Of a DNA stretch of 64,000 nt, positions 41,669 through 54,300 are shown one piece after another. Made by a program: the position numbers and the translations under genes. Below the pieces are notes generated by a model. That model saw nothing but the letters and a program-made list of their open reading frames with translations, was not told the DNA's origin and did not search any database. This stretch comes from Blasia pusilla (Eukaryota). The stretch lies in NCBI GenBank assembly GCA_050084515.1, contig CM114271.1:1550001-1614000 (forward strand), written 5' to 3'. Numbering within the stretch: position 1 is the first letter of the stretch; each line of letters begins with the position of its first letter.

Positions 41669-44481
41669 TTAGTTAGATATATTTAAAGGCTCCGAAATCT
41701 CATCAAGAAATGAGTGAAGAGCTTGATATGAAGAGCCACCCTTTGCCCTGGTTTTTGACAACATCCTTTTGAAATATTTTATATTGCTCTTTATTTCTTC
41801 GACTTGTTCAGATTGATCCATCGTCAACATCCTAATTGCCTTCTCCAAATCTTCCCTGCCAACGTTGTTATAATCCTCATTTGCACTCTTCATCGCCCAT
41901 CCTACCTTCCACACATTCGTCACAATCCTGCATAGAACAAAATTATTCAACATATGTAGCTTTTCAACGTATATTCTAAGAAAATTGTTATAAATTTTTT
42001 GAGAATCTAGTAAACACTAGAGAAACATGCATGCTCTTATATTGGACTAACTACAAAAAGTAAATATAAAGAAGATTATTTCCAACAAGTTAAAAAAAAG
42101 AAATATTTTTTATATTTAATTTCTTGGAAATGGATACGTCTAATGCAAAGGTTCAAAGAGAGGAGAATAAACTAAAATGTGAATCCCTGCACATACATAA
42201 AAAAAATTAAAAAATTAAAATTACAACAGGAGCTAATTAAAATTCATGTAGATATTATAGTGTTTCAATTGCAGGTTTCTCACACCATAGTGGATAACCA
42301 ACCAACATCCAAAGTCAAACTTGTGAACAACATGGGAGAATAAAACCCGTCACTTATGGTCAAAAACCTTTATGTTCAAACAAAAGAAAAAAGAAACACT
42401 AGACTTGCAATCGATCCGAAGCCTCGTGCAAAAAAAGCTGGAGCAGGACAAAAGACTAAACTTGTGCCCGATACGGAGGAAGAAAAGGCAAGAAGTCAAA
42501 GACACATGTCATGCCAACCATTGAAACATAGGAGCAAATTTTCTTACCGGGCAGTCATCGGTTGGTCCAGAGCAACAGGCCATGGGATAATCGGCACTCC
42601 AGCGCATAAGCTCTCGAGGATCGAATTCCACCCGCAGTGCGTCATGAAGCTACCCACAGATGGATGCTCGAGGATTTGGGCCTGTGGCGCAAACCCTCGT
42701 TCCACGAAGCCTCGGCCTTTCGTCCGATCGTTGAAATCGGGGGGTAACACGGATGCCACATCACACGCCTCCGATAATCTCAAAACCCACAAGAAGCGCA
42801 CCCCGCTAGATTGCAATGCATGCGCCAACTCCAACATAGAGTGAGGTCCGATGTTGATCACAGTTCCGAAAGCGATATATAGCACCGATGTCGGCGGCTG
42901 CATGTCTAGCCATCGCAGGCACTCGGATGTGGTTGAAGAACACGTGGTCGACATCATCTTTCCGAATCCTTCAATTTTTGCGATGGGACCAATGGAAAGG
43001 ATCCTTGTAACCTGCATCTCTTAGTTTTACAATACTAGTTAGTATTTAACACCGTAGTACTTTTGAATTTTAAGTCCCATATGAAGGTTGCATTAGTCCA
43101 CAATGCCACGTGTAATATCATCCCCGAAAGGTGGTGTTACAACTTGAATAGGTGGTCACCGGAGTACAGATCACTTCTCTTTGCACTTATCCGAAATCTA
43201 CTCCTTTCCATAGGGTTCCACAAAGTCCCGTCAAGGCATAAGAGCACTTTTGTAGTGCAAAAGTACTCCTATTTTCTATATTCTATTTATATGTATATTT
43301 CTCTTCTCTTGTGTAGTGCAACAATTAAGAAACAACGGAGGATTAGTAGAAAGACGATGAAAGAATTCTGCAGGCGAGAAAGGGTGTGGGCGTGGTGACC
43401 GGGAAGACGTATTACCGGGCGGTTTTCCGCTGTCGCTCGTGGTTCCCAGATCGTCTGGATCTTCCGCACGGAATCGAGAGGTGCATATGCGTCCAGTTCC
43501 CGCGCTTGATTTATCAGAACCGCAGTCGCTCTCTCCACTCGCTCCAGCTGGAACTTGAAGAACTCAGGATCGCTGAAGATGTCCAGAGGCAGATCATGAA
43601 CGCGAGCGAATGGCAGCTCCGGAATGGGCTTGCTCCTTACCTCCACGTTCGCGGGATCTCGGAGCTCCAGCTTCGGCTCCGACGGACCTAGCAAACAGCC
43701 CAAAGCGTACGCCGAACCGCAGGGATAGATGGGGTACCACGCGGCTCCCAATTCGTCCGCTACGTCCTGCCAAGAATTCCAACGGAAGATCAACGTTTTC
43801 TCAAAACTTTTCATCAGTTGATAAAATCGCTCACAGCGCAATCTCATTCCAGGACTGCAGATCTCGTCTGCTGCTGGATCGCTCGGAGTTCTCGGGATTC
43901 AATGCTACCTGCGCTTGTCATGGAGCACAGGATCGCTCAGAGCTCTGACGATTCGCTGCTCCCATAAGAGCTCTTGCGACTCAGGTTGTCGCAGGACTCG
44001 TGTCGATCGAGAAAGAGTATTGAGGGGAAGTCAATCTCAAACGACGGAGAGAAAGAAAATCGGAGGCAGGCGATGGGAGGCTCACCTTGAGCCACGGGAA
44101 GAACATGTCACAGATTATGCTGGTGACAGGTTCAGAGCCCTCGACCTCCTTGTCTCGAAGCAGCCTCTGCCTCAAGGGTTGAAAGCCGTCCCTCGCACTA
44201 TCGCACAAGATCGTCGAGCCTGTGATCTCCGCCAAGTTCACCGACACTCCTGGCTCAATTCTCAAATCCACGCCTTTCAGAGCACCCTGGGCTGCCATAG
44301 CTTCGACCTCTGCCTTGAAAGCTCGCCCGGAAAAAGCCGTCACTATGGTCCTACCAGCGTACCGACTGTCGTTGCTGAGGAGGTACATGATATGACTGTA
44401 CACATAAGTATGGCTTGCAAGATCTGCCGGTGCCAGAAGCACATGCGCCCTTGGACGCGCCATCCCGCTCTCCCACGCCAT
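41669..44481 (-). CDS. Family-1 UDP-glycosyltransferase (UGT-A), 4 exons, ~489 aa
   Basis: Exons 44481-44086, 43766-43416, 43011-42548, 41927-41669 (GT-AG, in frame). N-terminal His (LASH), ICDMFFPW, SVLYIAFGT, PSPG box FAPQAQILEHPSVGSFMTHCGWNSILESLCAGVPIIPWPVALDQ, C-terminal GGSS. Confidence 0.93.
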
Positions 44482-44490
44482 GGGTAATTC

Positions 44491-44818
44491 TCAAACTCCT
44501 ATCGTTCCGATTGATCACAGCCCCTGCAATTCAGCGTTCCCTACGCATAATCCAGTCACATAAATCCCCTTTCAACTCCTATCGCTCAATTGATCACAGC
44601 CCGCGCAATTCAGCGTCCCCTGCGCACATGCCAGTGACATAAAATCCCCTTTCAACTCCTATCGCTCAATTGACCACAGCCCGCGCAATTCAGCGTCCCC
44701 TGCGCATATGCCAGTGACATAAAATCCCCTTTCAACTCCTGTCGTTCAAATTGATCACAGCCCGTGCAATTCAGCGTCACATGTGCATCATCGAGTGACG
44801 TACAATACCTCTTCAACT
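44491..44818. repeat. 80-bp tandem repeat, 4 units, directly upstream of UGT-A
   Basis: Units at 44491, 44571, 44651 and 44731 (ttcaactcctatcgctcaattgatcacagcccgcgcaattcagcgtcccctgcgca.atgccagtgacataaaatcccct). Units 2 and 3 differ at only two positions. Confidence 0.95.
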
Positions 44819-45608
44819 GAAACTGCCAGCGACTGCTGTGATATGGTCAGGGATCCATCCACTCTCTCGAACGAAACTCCCTAAATACACAGAAAGTTAC
44901 TTTTGTGAGTTAACTAACTATAACATTAATTAATAAATGAAAATGGTTTTTTAGTAATTTAGAAATCTTGACCGGCGTATAGAACTTGTTAGATTCTATG
45001 TCAAGATCAAATATGTGATAAGTGGAAGGGGTCTCATAACCCAAGTCGATTTCTCGTGGACTAGAATATCACTTGTGGACTAGAAGTCTTTGGTTTAGGG
45101 TCAATTTCCGTTCAACCGAACTCCCTAGCTTTGTTTATTCCTTTTTGGAAATGCTTTTTTAACACTCAATATGGTCTGACCGGGAACTTCTAAATGCTTT
45201 CCGGCTTTTTTACCAAGAAACTGCATTTCCCGCGTTTTCCAAACTTTTACTGGTCGGCTCGGGAATTCTCAAATTTTACCGGCCGGCCTTACAAAGAACG
45301 CCGGTTCTGGGCGCCTGTAGGGTGGGTTTCTCATACGAGGCCGGCGAGTTCTTTCCCTCCGCAGGGTTGCTTCGCTTTGAGCTGCCCGCCTACCCGCCTT
45401 TGGAGCAGCCGAGACAATTTATAGACCGGTACAGATGTTGAGTAAATAGATCCACACTTCGGCACCCAAACTGTGATGCATAGGATCGGTGGGCATCGGT
45501 TTGTTTCTTTCTCAAGTATCCCCAAAGTCGTTGAGTCGCGACCGGAGCAGCAGCAGTATCGGCGTAGCAATCTCAAGGCCTCGGCGATTCCAATTTCCGA
45601 AGCTGGGG

Positions 45609-48600
45609 ATGGAGCCAGCATTTCAGCGCGAGCGTCGGCCTCATTTGCTGCTAGTGCCAGCAGGTATTAGCGGCCATTACGCGCCAGTCCTGCAGCTCTT
45701 GTACCACCTCAACGAAGTCCACAACAACAACGCTGCGAAACTTATGGTGACATTGATCAGCAATGAGAAACGCGTTTTGGAGTTGTCGGAGTTGCATTCC
45801 AGAGGCGACTTCCAGCGCTTGGACCTTCGACTGTTGGTAGTCTTCACATCGCCTTTGCCCGCGCACAATGATCCACGCTTTCCTTCCAGGCCCTGGACGT
45901 CTTGCCGGATTCTAATGAAGGATTACAATTCTTACATGGATAATTGGATCCGGGAACTGGATCCCGCTGAAGCGCCCACCTGCATGATTGCTGACATGTT
46001 CTTCGATTGGACTCAGGTGAGGGAGTGAGAGTCTCCTTTCGTTTGGCAGACTTCCAGGCTTTCATCGACCAGTGCTTAATTTGCAGAAAGGTGTGGATTG
46101 ACCTTGCATTTGGTCTCTAGACAGAACGGCTGCACATGCGAGGTCCATGTGAACTGATTTCGAGTCTGTAACGCTTTGCAGCTTACGAGTATCTCAGCTC
46201 GCTGCACCATAAGCTCGTTGACATGCTGACGATTTTGTGCAATTGCAATGTAGGACTATCTTTAGCCTCTGCAGGAATCTGCCCTGAATTTTCCCGCAGC
46301 ATGAGCGAGTGTTTCGACGTCATGATGGTTCTCGTTTTGTGCAATTGTGAGCGAGGACTATCTGTAGCCTCCCTGCTAGGATCTGGATATCCCGCACCAC
46401 GAGCGAGCTTTTTCGAAATCGTGGTGGCGCTCGTTGTGCGCAAAATTCCAAGCTAGGACTATCTGTAGCTGCCCCGCCAGAATCTGCTGTGAACTTTCTG
46501 TAGGAGGGGTGAGGTTTGTCGACATCACGATGGCGGTGCTCAATTTGTGCAATCGCAAGCTCGCTGGTTAAGAAGCTTAGGACCATCTATGGCCGCCGTA
46601 CTAGAAAGTGAAACCGCTGCACTATGAGAATCGGAAATCTATGAAGCACGAATTTGATCATCTTGTGGCGGTTGCAGAGCACAGCAGAGAAGTTGGGAAT
46701 TCCTTGGCATGTGTTGTTTTCGACGGCTTCCTGGTACTTGTTCACCTCCATCACTGGGTCGGAGCTGCTCAGCTCAGAACTGAAGGACGAGCCCATGCCC
46801 AAGCTCACGTTCGGCCGCATCCGACACCTTCCCCCGGAAATGTGCGAGAACCCGGAATTCTTCGCAACGCTAACCAAAGCGTTGATAAAAGCTTCTGCAA
46901 TTCTAGTGAACACAGCCGAAGAACTGGATGCCCAAACGGGAGGACTCATCGCCATTCGGGCTCTGCTGGAAGATTTGGCGATCGCTGGTAATTGCCCGGT
47001 AAGCCACCTACTCCGAGAACTCTGCTGCCCCATGAGATGCACTGTCTGGCAGGGGATTAGATTATGCAGGAAACGAACTTCTGCTTTGAGAACGATCAGA
47101 AAAAGGTTCTTTCAGATGACGTCGTACCATCTGTTAGCCGCTCCCGAGGAATGCACTTGCGAGAGCCCGGTAATCCATTGTCCTCTATTCCCGAGCTCTG
47201 ATTTAGGGACAGCTTCCGATCGAGTGGCTCGAATTCACCACCAATGGCATCCGAAGTCTCCAGCAAAAGCATTAGTGAGTAAGTGAAGTAACTGTTGGAA
47301 ATCCTGAACGGAGGGTAGCTTACAGTCGAGCGGTGAGAGTGTACGAATATTCACTCTCTTTTTCGGTCGTAAAATTTACAGAAACTCTCGCTCCACATGT
47401 TCCACACATGTGAAGAATGTGGCGATATTTCTAAAAGCTGATCTTGCAAGTTAGCTGGCTGAAATAGAGTTAGTACACCAAGCCTGTTAAAACCGAAAGT
47501 GTAAAGTTACTTTGTCTGGATGTCAAGGTTTCGTGGGTCCTGATGAAGCTCTTTAAGATCCATTCTAGGAAGGTTCATACATCCCAGACATGAACCGTAT
47601 TTTTTCTCATGTCCGCGCTCACTACTAGATTCGATTTTTTATTTTAAAATCAAACCTACTATTTAACTAAGTAGACCATGAGCCTCCGCCAAAATCACGT
47701 GGTCTATTTATTCTTACTCATAGTTGGTGGGGATTATCCAGATCACAAGGTTTTTGAGGCATGATCACACAGTGTCCCTTGTTGAAATCGATGCGTGAGA
47801 TCGTGTTTTGTTGAAGGTGACCAGTGTTCGCATATTTTAGCGTTTCCCTGGAAGGAATCAAACACTGTGGGGACCGTGATGTCTGATGCAGGCTCCGAGA
47901 GTGCTGCCCGTGGGGCCGCTGGCGCACATCCCAGGATTCTCCCGCATACCTTTCACGGAGTCAAGCGCAGAATGCCTGCGGTGGCTGGACTCGCAGAGGG
48001 AGTCGTCGGTGCTGTACATCGCGTTCGGCAGCATCGCCAACATCAGCCCCGCGGCGATGCTCGAGTTGGCTCACGGGCTGGAGACCAGCGGCGTGCCATT
48101 CCTGTGGGTCCTTAAAGCCCCTGTATCCAGCAAGCCGAGTCCCTCGGCGGATGTCCGGAGCCTCCTTCCCCCGGGCTTCCAAGAGCGTACCACAGGCCAG
48201 GGCTTCATCGAGACGGGGTGGGCCCCACAGCAGCAGATACTGGCCCACCGTTCAACGGGTGCGTTTATGTCGCACTGCGGCTGGAACTCCACGCTGGAAG
48301 CGATTTGTGCCGGCGTTCCGATCATCACTTGGCCTATATTTGCCGACCAACCGTTGAATGCCAGGTGCGTGCAATATTCTGCGGTTCTATTTAATAGTGT
48401 TTTTAACTCCGTGGTTTTTTTCGTCGGGTTTGTTCAATTCATTTACGGTCCTAAATTTGCCCGGTCTCCTTGGAAAAAAATAAAATTCCCAAGTTTTGTT
48501 CCAATCTAGTAAAGTAGAGGACCCCGCCTCTCCCCCCGTCCTTTCCTTGAACTCCGCTCGATTAGAGAAAACCCCCTTAGTTTGTTTTTAATAGGTTGCA

Positions 48601-50286
48601 CTTCTTTGCGATGAAGAATCTCATGGTCTTATTAGTATAGATGTTTGACCCCATTTTGACCCCATTTGTAAACAAAATGGGGTGGGAACTCTCTTCAAAG
48701 CAATCCCCACTTCCTATTTTACAAAAGCTGAATCATATGATTTCCCGTTGTTAGGATGGCCGGGCGATAAACCCAAAATCGACAACCTTGGTTGTTGTCG
48801 AATGGTCGCGTGGGTGGAGGGAAGTGGTGTAAGCGTGGAACGGTTTGCGCTTACAACACTTCCCTCCACCCACGGGACCATCCGAACATCAATGAATGTT
48901 GTCGGTTTTGGAAATATTGTTCTCTGTTTTCGATGAGTTGTGGTGTGGTAAAGTGGTTTAAGAATGTATGTGTTCTTTACCAAACCGAGAAGTAGGTATG
49001 TGTTTGATACCGAGGAGTAGGTATTTGTTTTGACAAAACAAATACCTACTGCTCCGTATGGTAGAGAAAGTTCCCTTTAAAGGTTCTTACATATCTTGAA
49101 AAATAAATAGAATGAACCAAATGCCATTGTGAGTTTCATGAAGCCCAATCTTGCTAGAAAAATTTATTTGCATATGGCAAGTGGGGAAAATTTTGGCGTC
49201 AAATGGGGTATGTAAACTCATGGGATCATGAGAAGACTCGAAAATGTAGTATCCTATATTTATCGACTCGGAGTGATGACCCCAAGCATCATAATATGTG
49301 ATGTGAGGTCAAACAAGACTCGGGCATAGACCGCTAGCCCCTTAGATTTGTGCTCCAATCAAACTTCTTATCCCTTCTTAACGTACTTTAAGTACATAAA
49401 TTTTATATCCATTGATATGGTTCAAAGAAAGTATCAACCTAAGTATTGTATTGGCCATATCCTTTCCAATACACCCAAACTCAAGTATATTTTTTGGAGA
49501 GTAGCAAATCAATTAGAATTTCCCTAGATGGCTTGTCATTTAACCATGACGTGAATGCTCATATTTATTTGGCTTCCTCATTAACCAAACGTAAATAGAT
49601 GAATGAAAGGGGGCTTAACTAGAGGTCGGAAAATTGTCGCACAAGCTTACATATGTGACTAACATGTATATTTTTTCGTCCTTTCTCCACCTAGTATATA
49701 AGTGGATCCTATAAAAATAATTTTTATATTTTATATTTGAGACTTCGTATTATTATTTAATTCTCTTACATGTATAAATAATTTATAGAAATTAATGAAA
49801 AAACTTGTTTACGGAAAAAATTAAGTTAACACGCTAAGCCCATGTAAGCATTTTATATTTTCCTATATCATGGATGGATGTTTGAATTAATTTACAATTT
49901 CTTAAAATAGCGATTTTGCAACACCTTTCTACCCTCTCTAGTAAGTCTACTTTGGGCAAATGATTATTGGTTTTAAGGGTATCAAAAGTCAAGCATTGCC
50001 TTTAATCGAAACCAAGATGATGGTTTTTGGCAATGGGTTCAGGTTTCTCGTGGAGGTGGAGAAAGTAGGACTAAGCATGACAAGTGCAGGAGAAGAAGAC
50101 AACTTGGATGATGTGCAAAGAGAAGATGTGGCAAGTGTTATAGAGTTAATGATGATTGCACCAAAAAGGCAGGAAATCAAGAAAAACTCACTTAGGATGA
50201 AGCAAATCTTGGCAAACACAATCGCAAAGGGAGGCACATCGCAAAGAGTCTTGCAGTCTTTCTTGGAGGAAGTGATTTCAACATGA
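45609..50286 (+). CDS. Family-1 UDP-glycosyltransferase (UGT-B), 4 exons, ~481 aa
   Basis: Exons 45609-46016, 46678-46998, 47892-48364, 50043-50286. HLLLVPAGISGH, IADMFFDW, SVLYIAFGS, PSPG box WAPQQQILAHRSTGAFMSHCGWNSTLEAICAGVPIITWPIFADQ, C-terminal GGTS. Confidence 0.93.
46220..46560. repeat. Degenerate ~100-bp tandem repeat in UGT-B intron 1
   Basis: ttgtgcaa..aggactatct.tagc motif recurring at ~46235, 46337 and 46434, with a partial copy at 46546. Confidence 0.65.
48650..49050. repeat. Foldback/MITE-like insert with several hairpins in UGT-B intron 3
   Basis: Stem 48803-48835 / 48848-48880 (31 of 33 pairs), extendable to ~48774-48911. Perfect 17-bp stem 49016-49032 / 49034-49050. Short IR accccattt/aaatggggt at ~48659-48683. 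Confidence 0.75.
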
Positions 50287-51339
50287 CATGACGTGTACTA
50301 CATTAACAAGTTGTATACCAATTTTTTTAATGGAGGAATTTGAAAGGAAAATTTTCCTTGATTCGATATTATGCAAAAAAACTTTGGATTTGTGATTTAG
50401 GGTTTCTACATATGTTTTGTAGTTATATTCTTTTTTTCAACTCAAGCAAAGAAATGTAATCCTTTGTCTCAAATCTAAAAGATAAGGATGTTAGCCACAT
50501 GGGATGAAATTGTAAAATGTGATATAACAATCCACTCGCATAATTGCATTGCACCTTTTATCGTGTTGAGAGAGTCTAGATGAGGATTTACTAACATAAA
50601 AATTGCTTTGGAAAAATAAAGCTAAGGGTTCTTATTGAGAATTTAGACATCTTGGGAGACAACTAGTCAATGTTGAGTCTGCGTATTGCGAACCACGATT
50701 GGGTTAGGGTCAAAATCAAGGGCCCAAAATAGAAAATGAGGAAAGTGGATAGGGTACCAATGGAGAACCCCCAAAATAACTATGGGGGGCACTACTCTCC
50801 CTCCCTACCATCTCAAATCCATGAACAAGTGATTCATCGTAATGTGTGTTTGGTCATGTTTCAAGTTTGAGCTAAGAAACTATTCATGATCGATATACCT
50901 TGAGGAAATAACCAACGACTCAACGAGCTTTGATATAGGTGAGCAACTTGGAAAGATTGGTTGAGACTTGGGGAAGACAAGGCAGACAATGCGCACCTTG
51001 GACGACTTGGACCCGTTTAGCAATTAGAAACAACCTAAGTTATCTAAAAGATGCGTAGCCGGTTGAGTAAGACTGAATCTAAGATTTCCACTTGCAAAGC
51101 TGAAAGTTGGCAGTGCCTCAAGGCAAAGTAAGGAGGAGTAAAAGTTGAACTCTACAACACCAAGAAATGGAGAACTTCCATATGAAGCCTTCATAGATAG
51201 ATCAAAATTTTGAAATCTAACATGCAAGAAGTAATAATTACGTCTTTATGTCTTTTTTGGAATATTTGTGATGATGTCATTTCCTCCTTATGTCCCAAGC
51301 CTAAGTCACCTTATGGAACTTTCCATTACTTGTAAAGAT

Positions 51340-54300
51340 TGTCACGACTTTTAGGATAGATCGACAAGATCTAGTAGAGCGCCTTCAGAGATACTGGAAG
51401 ACAACCTCAAGAGGTCGAGGATGACGTGCTGTGGCCACGGGTAACTTGAGAGAGCAGGTTTCCCCTTTGTTTCTGCTCATTTGGAGCCATATTCAGAAAC
51501 TTAATATTTTGGATAAGTTTCTATTTGGAGTATACTTTACTTTCCACTCTGGGAAGGGGGCCTATGATCTGCTACAGCAGCTCAAGAGCTAAGTAGATGA
51601 CCTGCGAGCATATGTTACCGAGGAGAGAGCTTGGGAGAGGGAAAGGGGTATACCTCCAAGAGAGAGAGCTTGAGAGCTCATTCTCTCTTTGTTGAACCTC
51701 TTGGCATGAGGCGGAGCTATGGTCCTCCTTGCCTCGTGTGTGTAACCCAAGACTCTCATTAGGAGAGTGGGTTTGGTTTGACATGAGAGAGAGTGCACAC
51801 CATAGAAATCTTGGTGTGAGATGTGATGTGAGATCTACTTCATTTACAAAGAGAGAGTGAGAGGGCTTGAATGGAGGAGCTCGTTGATCACTCGTTGTTG
51901 GTGCAGGTTGGAGATCGTGTTTCCCGTTCAGCGGCTCATAGGAGTGCTCATGGGAGCAAGAGCCGCTCCGTTTGTTATTTTGTTGTTCAATTTTTCGTGT
52001 GGGAGAGTGGCACGCGGAAGGGTTGCCAAAATTTGGTTACAAATTGTGTATAGGGGCGGGTTGCCTCATGTCGATGCTCTCAAGAGTACCTTGTAGCTTA
52101 TTAGTTGTTGTATTTACAAGTTTGGAATTTTTGTTGGGAGAAATCAAAGCGGAAGCCCTGCCAAATTTTCTGTAGGAGTGGAGATTGAAGAGCTACACGA
52201 CAGTCCCCGTTTTGTTTTTGGGAAGGTCAAATAAAGAAACCAATTTGATATTGTTGTAAATCCATAAGCTGTGCACGTTATGGAAGAAACGGCTTGCAAT
52301 TAAAACATATGAGCAAGAAGTTATGATCATTTAGGGTTCTTAAGAACGTGCACAGCTTACGGCACCGCGTGAGGAAGGAGCACATTTCGAAATTCTTGGT
52401 AACTTCTTTGTTGAGGGAGAAATTTTTTTAAAAAAAATTTATCATTGGAGAAAGGAGAAGTGAAACTTAGGATCTTGAGATTAAAGTGTGTGGAAACTTC
52501 ATTTAGTGGGAGTTGACCCAATATTTATGGGGCTTGGTGGAGTATAAGCCAAATGTGAGTAATTTTAATGAGTTGACCCTTAGTTTAAGGAGTTAGTGGA
52601 GTTGGAAAAAAAAACTTAGATATTTTGAATAAGGTCAAAATAGAACCATTTTTATCCACATGAAATATATTGTAATTAATGTTCACTTTCACCGTCCATG
52701 CGGGCCGTTCTTGCTCCGTCCATTGGCCGCCGTCGACGACATTCTTCACCGTTGTTGATTGGACGGTGACTTTTTTGGAGTCATGGGATCGCCATTTCTT
52801 TTCACTTTGCTATGTTGTAATTGGTAGCCGCTCGACGACAATCTAGTATCGTGTCATGATGTCCGTAGGCGCAAGGCGCTGCCGATTGCCGCGTTGTGCT
52901 GCTCGTGGCCATACTGCACCATCTCCATCACGGAGCCACACCATCATTGTGGAGCAGATTATGTTTTTTTTATTGATAAGGTATGCCAATGAGTGCCGCA
53001 ACCTATTCTCGAGTGTTGTGTCATACCCTTTGAGTCGTTCCGTGCCGCTAGTGCCACACCGTATCACTAGACCCGCACCGCACATCGAGGAGATTTGAGC
53101 ATCGTCAGTATCAAGGGAGTACAACATGCTATTGAGAGGAGTTTGTCTTTATGATTAAGTTGGGGTCGAGGTTTCCAATTTCTGAGGAGCGATCAACATT
53201 ATTGTCAGGTTATCCATGTAGAAAACTGCTAAAGAAGCATAACTGGTGGAAAACGGCTCTCTCAATCAGTTATATAGATGTTCCTTTCTCAATTATATAG
53301 GTTATGTACAAGAAATCCTAACCCTAATCTTAACCATACTCTTGAGTTAGACTAATTGTGATTAACTAACCAAAGTTAAGATAATCGCGATTAACTGACT
53401 AACCATGATTAAGCTTCCCTACTTCATGTGAGTACCAAATGTAGGAGTTCAGGTGTCTCATGAGCTTGACTATAACTCAATCTTCAATATCCCCCTCAAG
53501 CTCATATTGATATCTCTAATGTCTAAATCATTTCTAAACATCTCAAACTTATCTCTAGACAATGTCTTTGTAAAGATGTCACCAATTTGCTGATCTGTAC
53601 TTATATACAAAAGATCAATTTCTCCTACAAGCACTTTCTCTCTGATAAAATGATAGTGCACCTCAACATGCTTTGTACGAGCATAGAACACAAGGTTATT
53701 AGCAAGCTTGATGCTACTAATATTGTCTGCATATATTACAGTAGGTCCTAAGTCACTAACACCAATCTCAACAAGTAATCGATGAAGCCACACCACCTCA
53801 CATGTTGTATTGGTTGCTCCTCTGTACTCAGCCTCTCTTGAAGATAAAGCAATTGTAAGTTGCTTCTTTGAAGCCCAACTTATACCTACGCTTCCCAGAG
53901 TAAATGAATAACCAGATGAGGAGTGTCAATCAGATACGCTTCCTGCCCAATCAGCATCCGTGAATCCCTCTAATTGTAAACGCGGAGAAGGTTAAATTAA
54001 GCCCGAATTGAACAGATAATTTCACATACTGCATAATCCTCCTCAAACATCAAGGTAAGATTTTCGGGGTGCTTACATAAATTGGCTCACTAGGCCAACT
54101 CCATAGCTCAAATCTGGCTTGGTTATAGTCAAATAGATCAAACTTCCAACCATGTGCATGTACATATTAGAATCTGCAAGCACCTCTCCTTCATCCACTT
54201 TTAGCTTCATACTTTGGTCCAATAGACTAGAGATTGGCTTACAAGCCGTCATACCATATTTTGAAAGCATGTGAAGAGCATTTTGTCGTTGTAGTAACCA

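Noticed and set aside
44491-44818. CRISPR-like array
   Set aside because: Whole 80-bp units repeat with no unique spacers, and the context is eukaryotic.
45179-45317. CCGG-rich tract resembling the hAT subterminal region (shares cagaaccgg)
   Set aside because: Similarity is short and no second end or TSD was found.
50671-51339. Possible LTR fragment starting TGTTG, upstream of the second Gypsy copy
   Set aside because: No second copy, PBS, PPT or TSD in the window.
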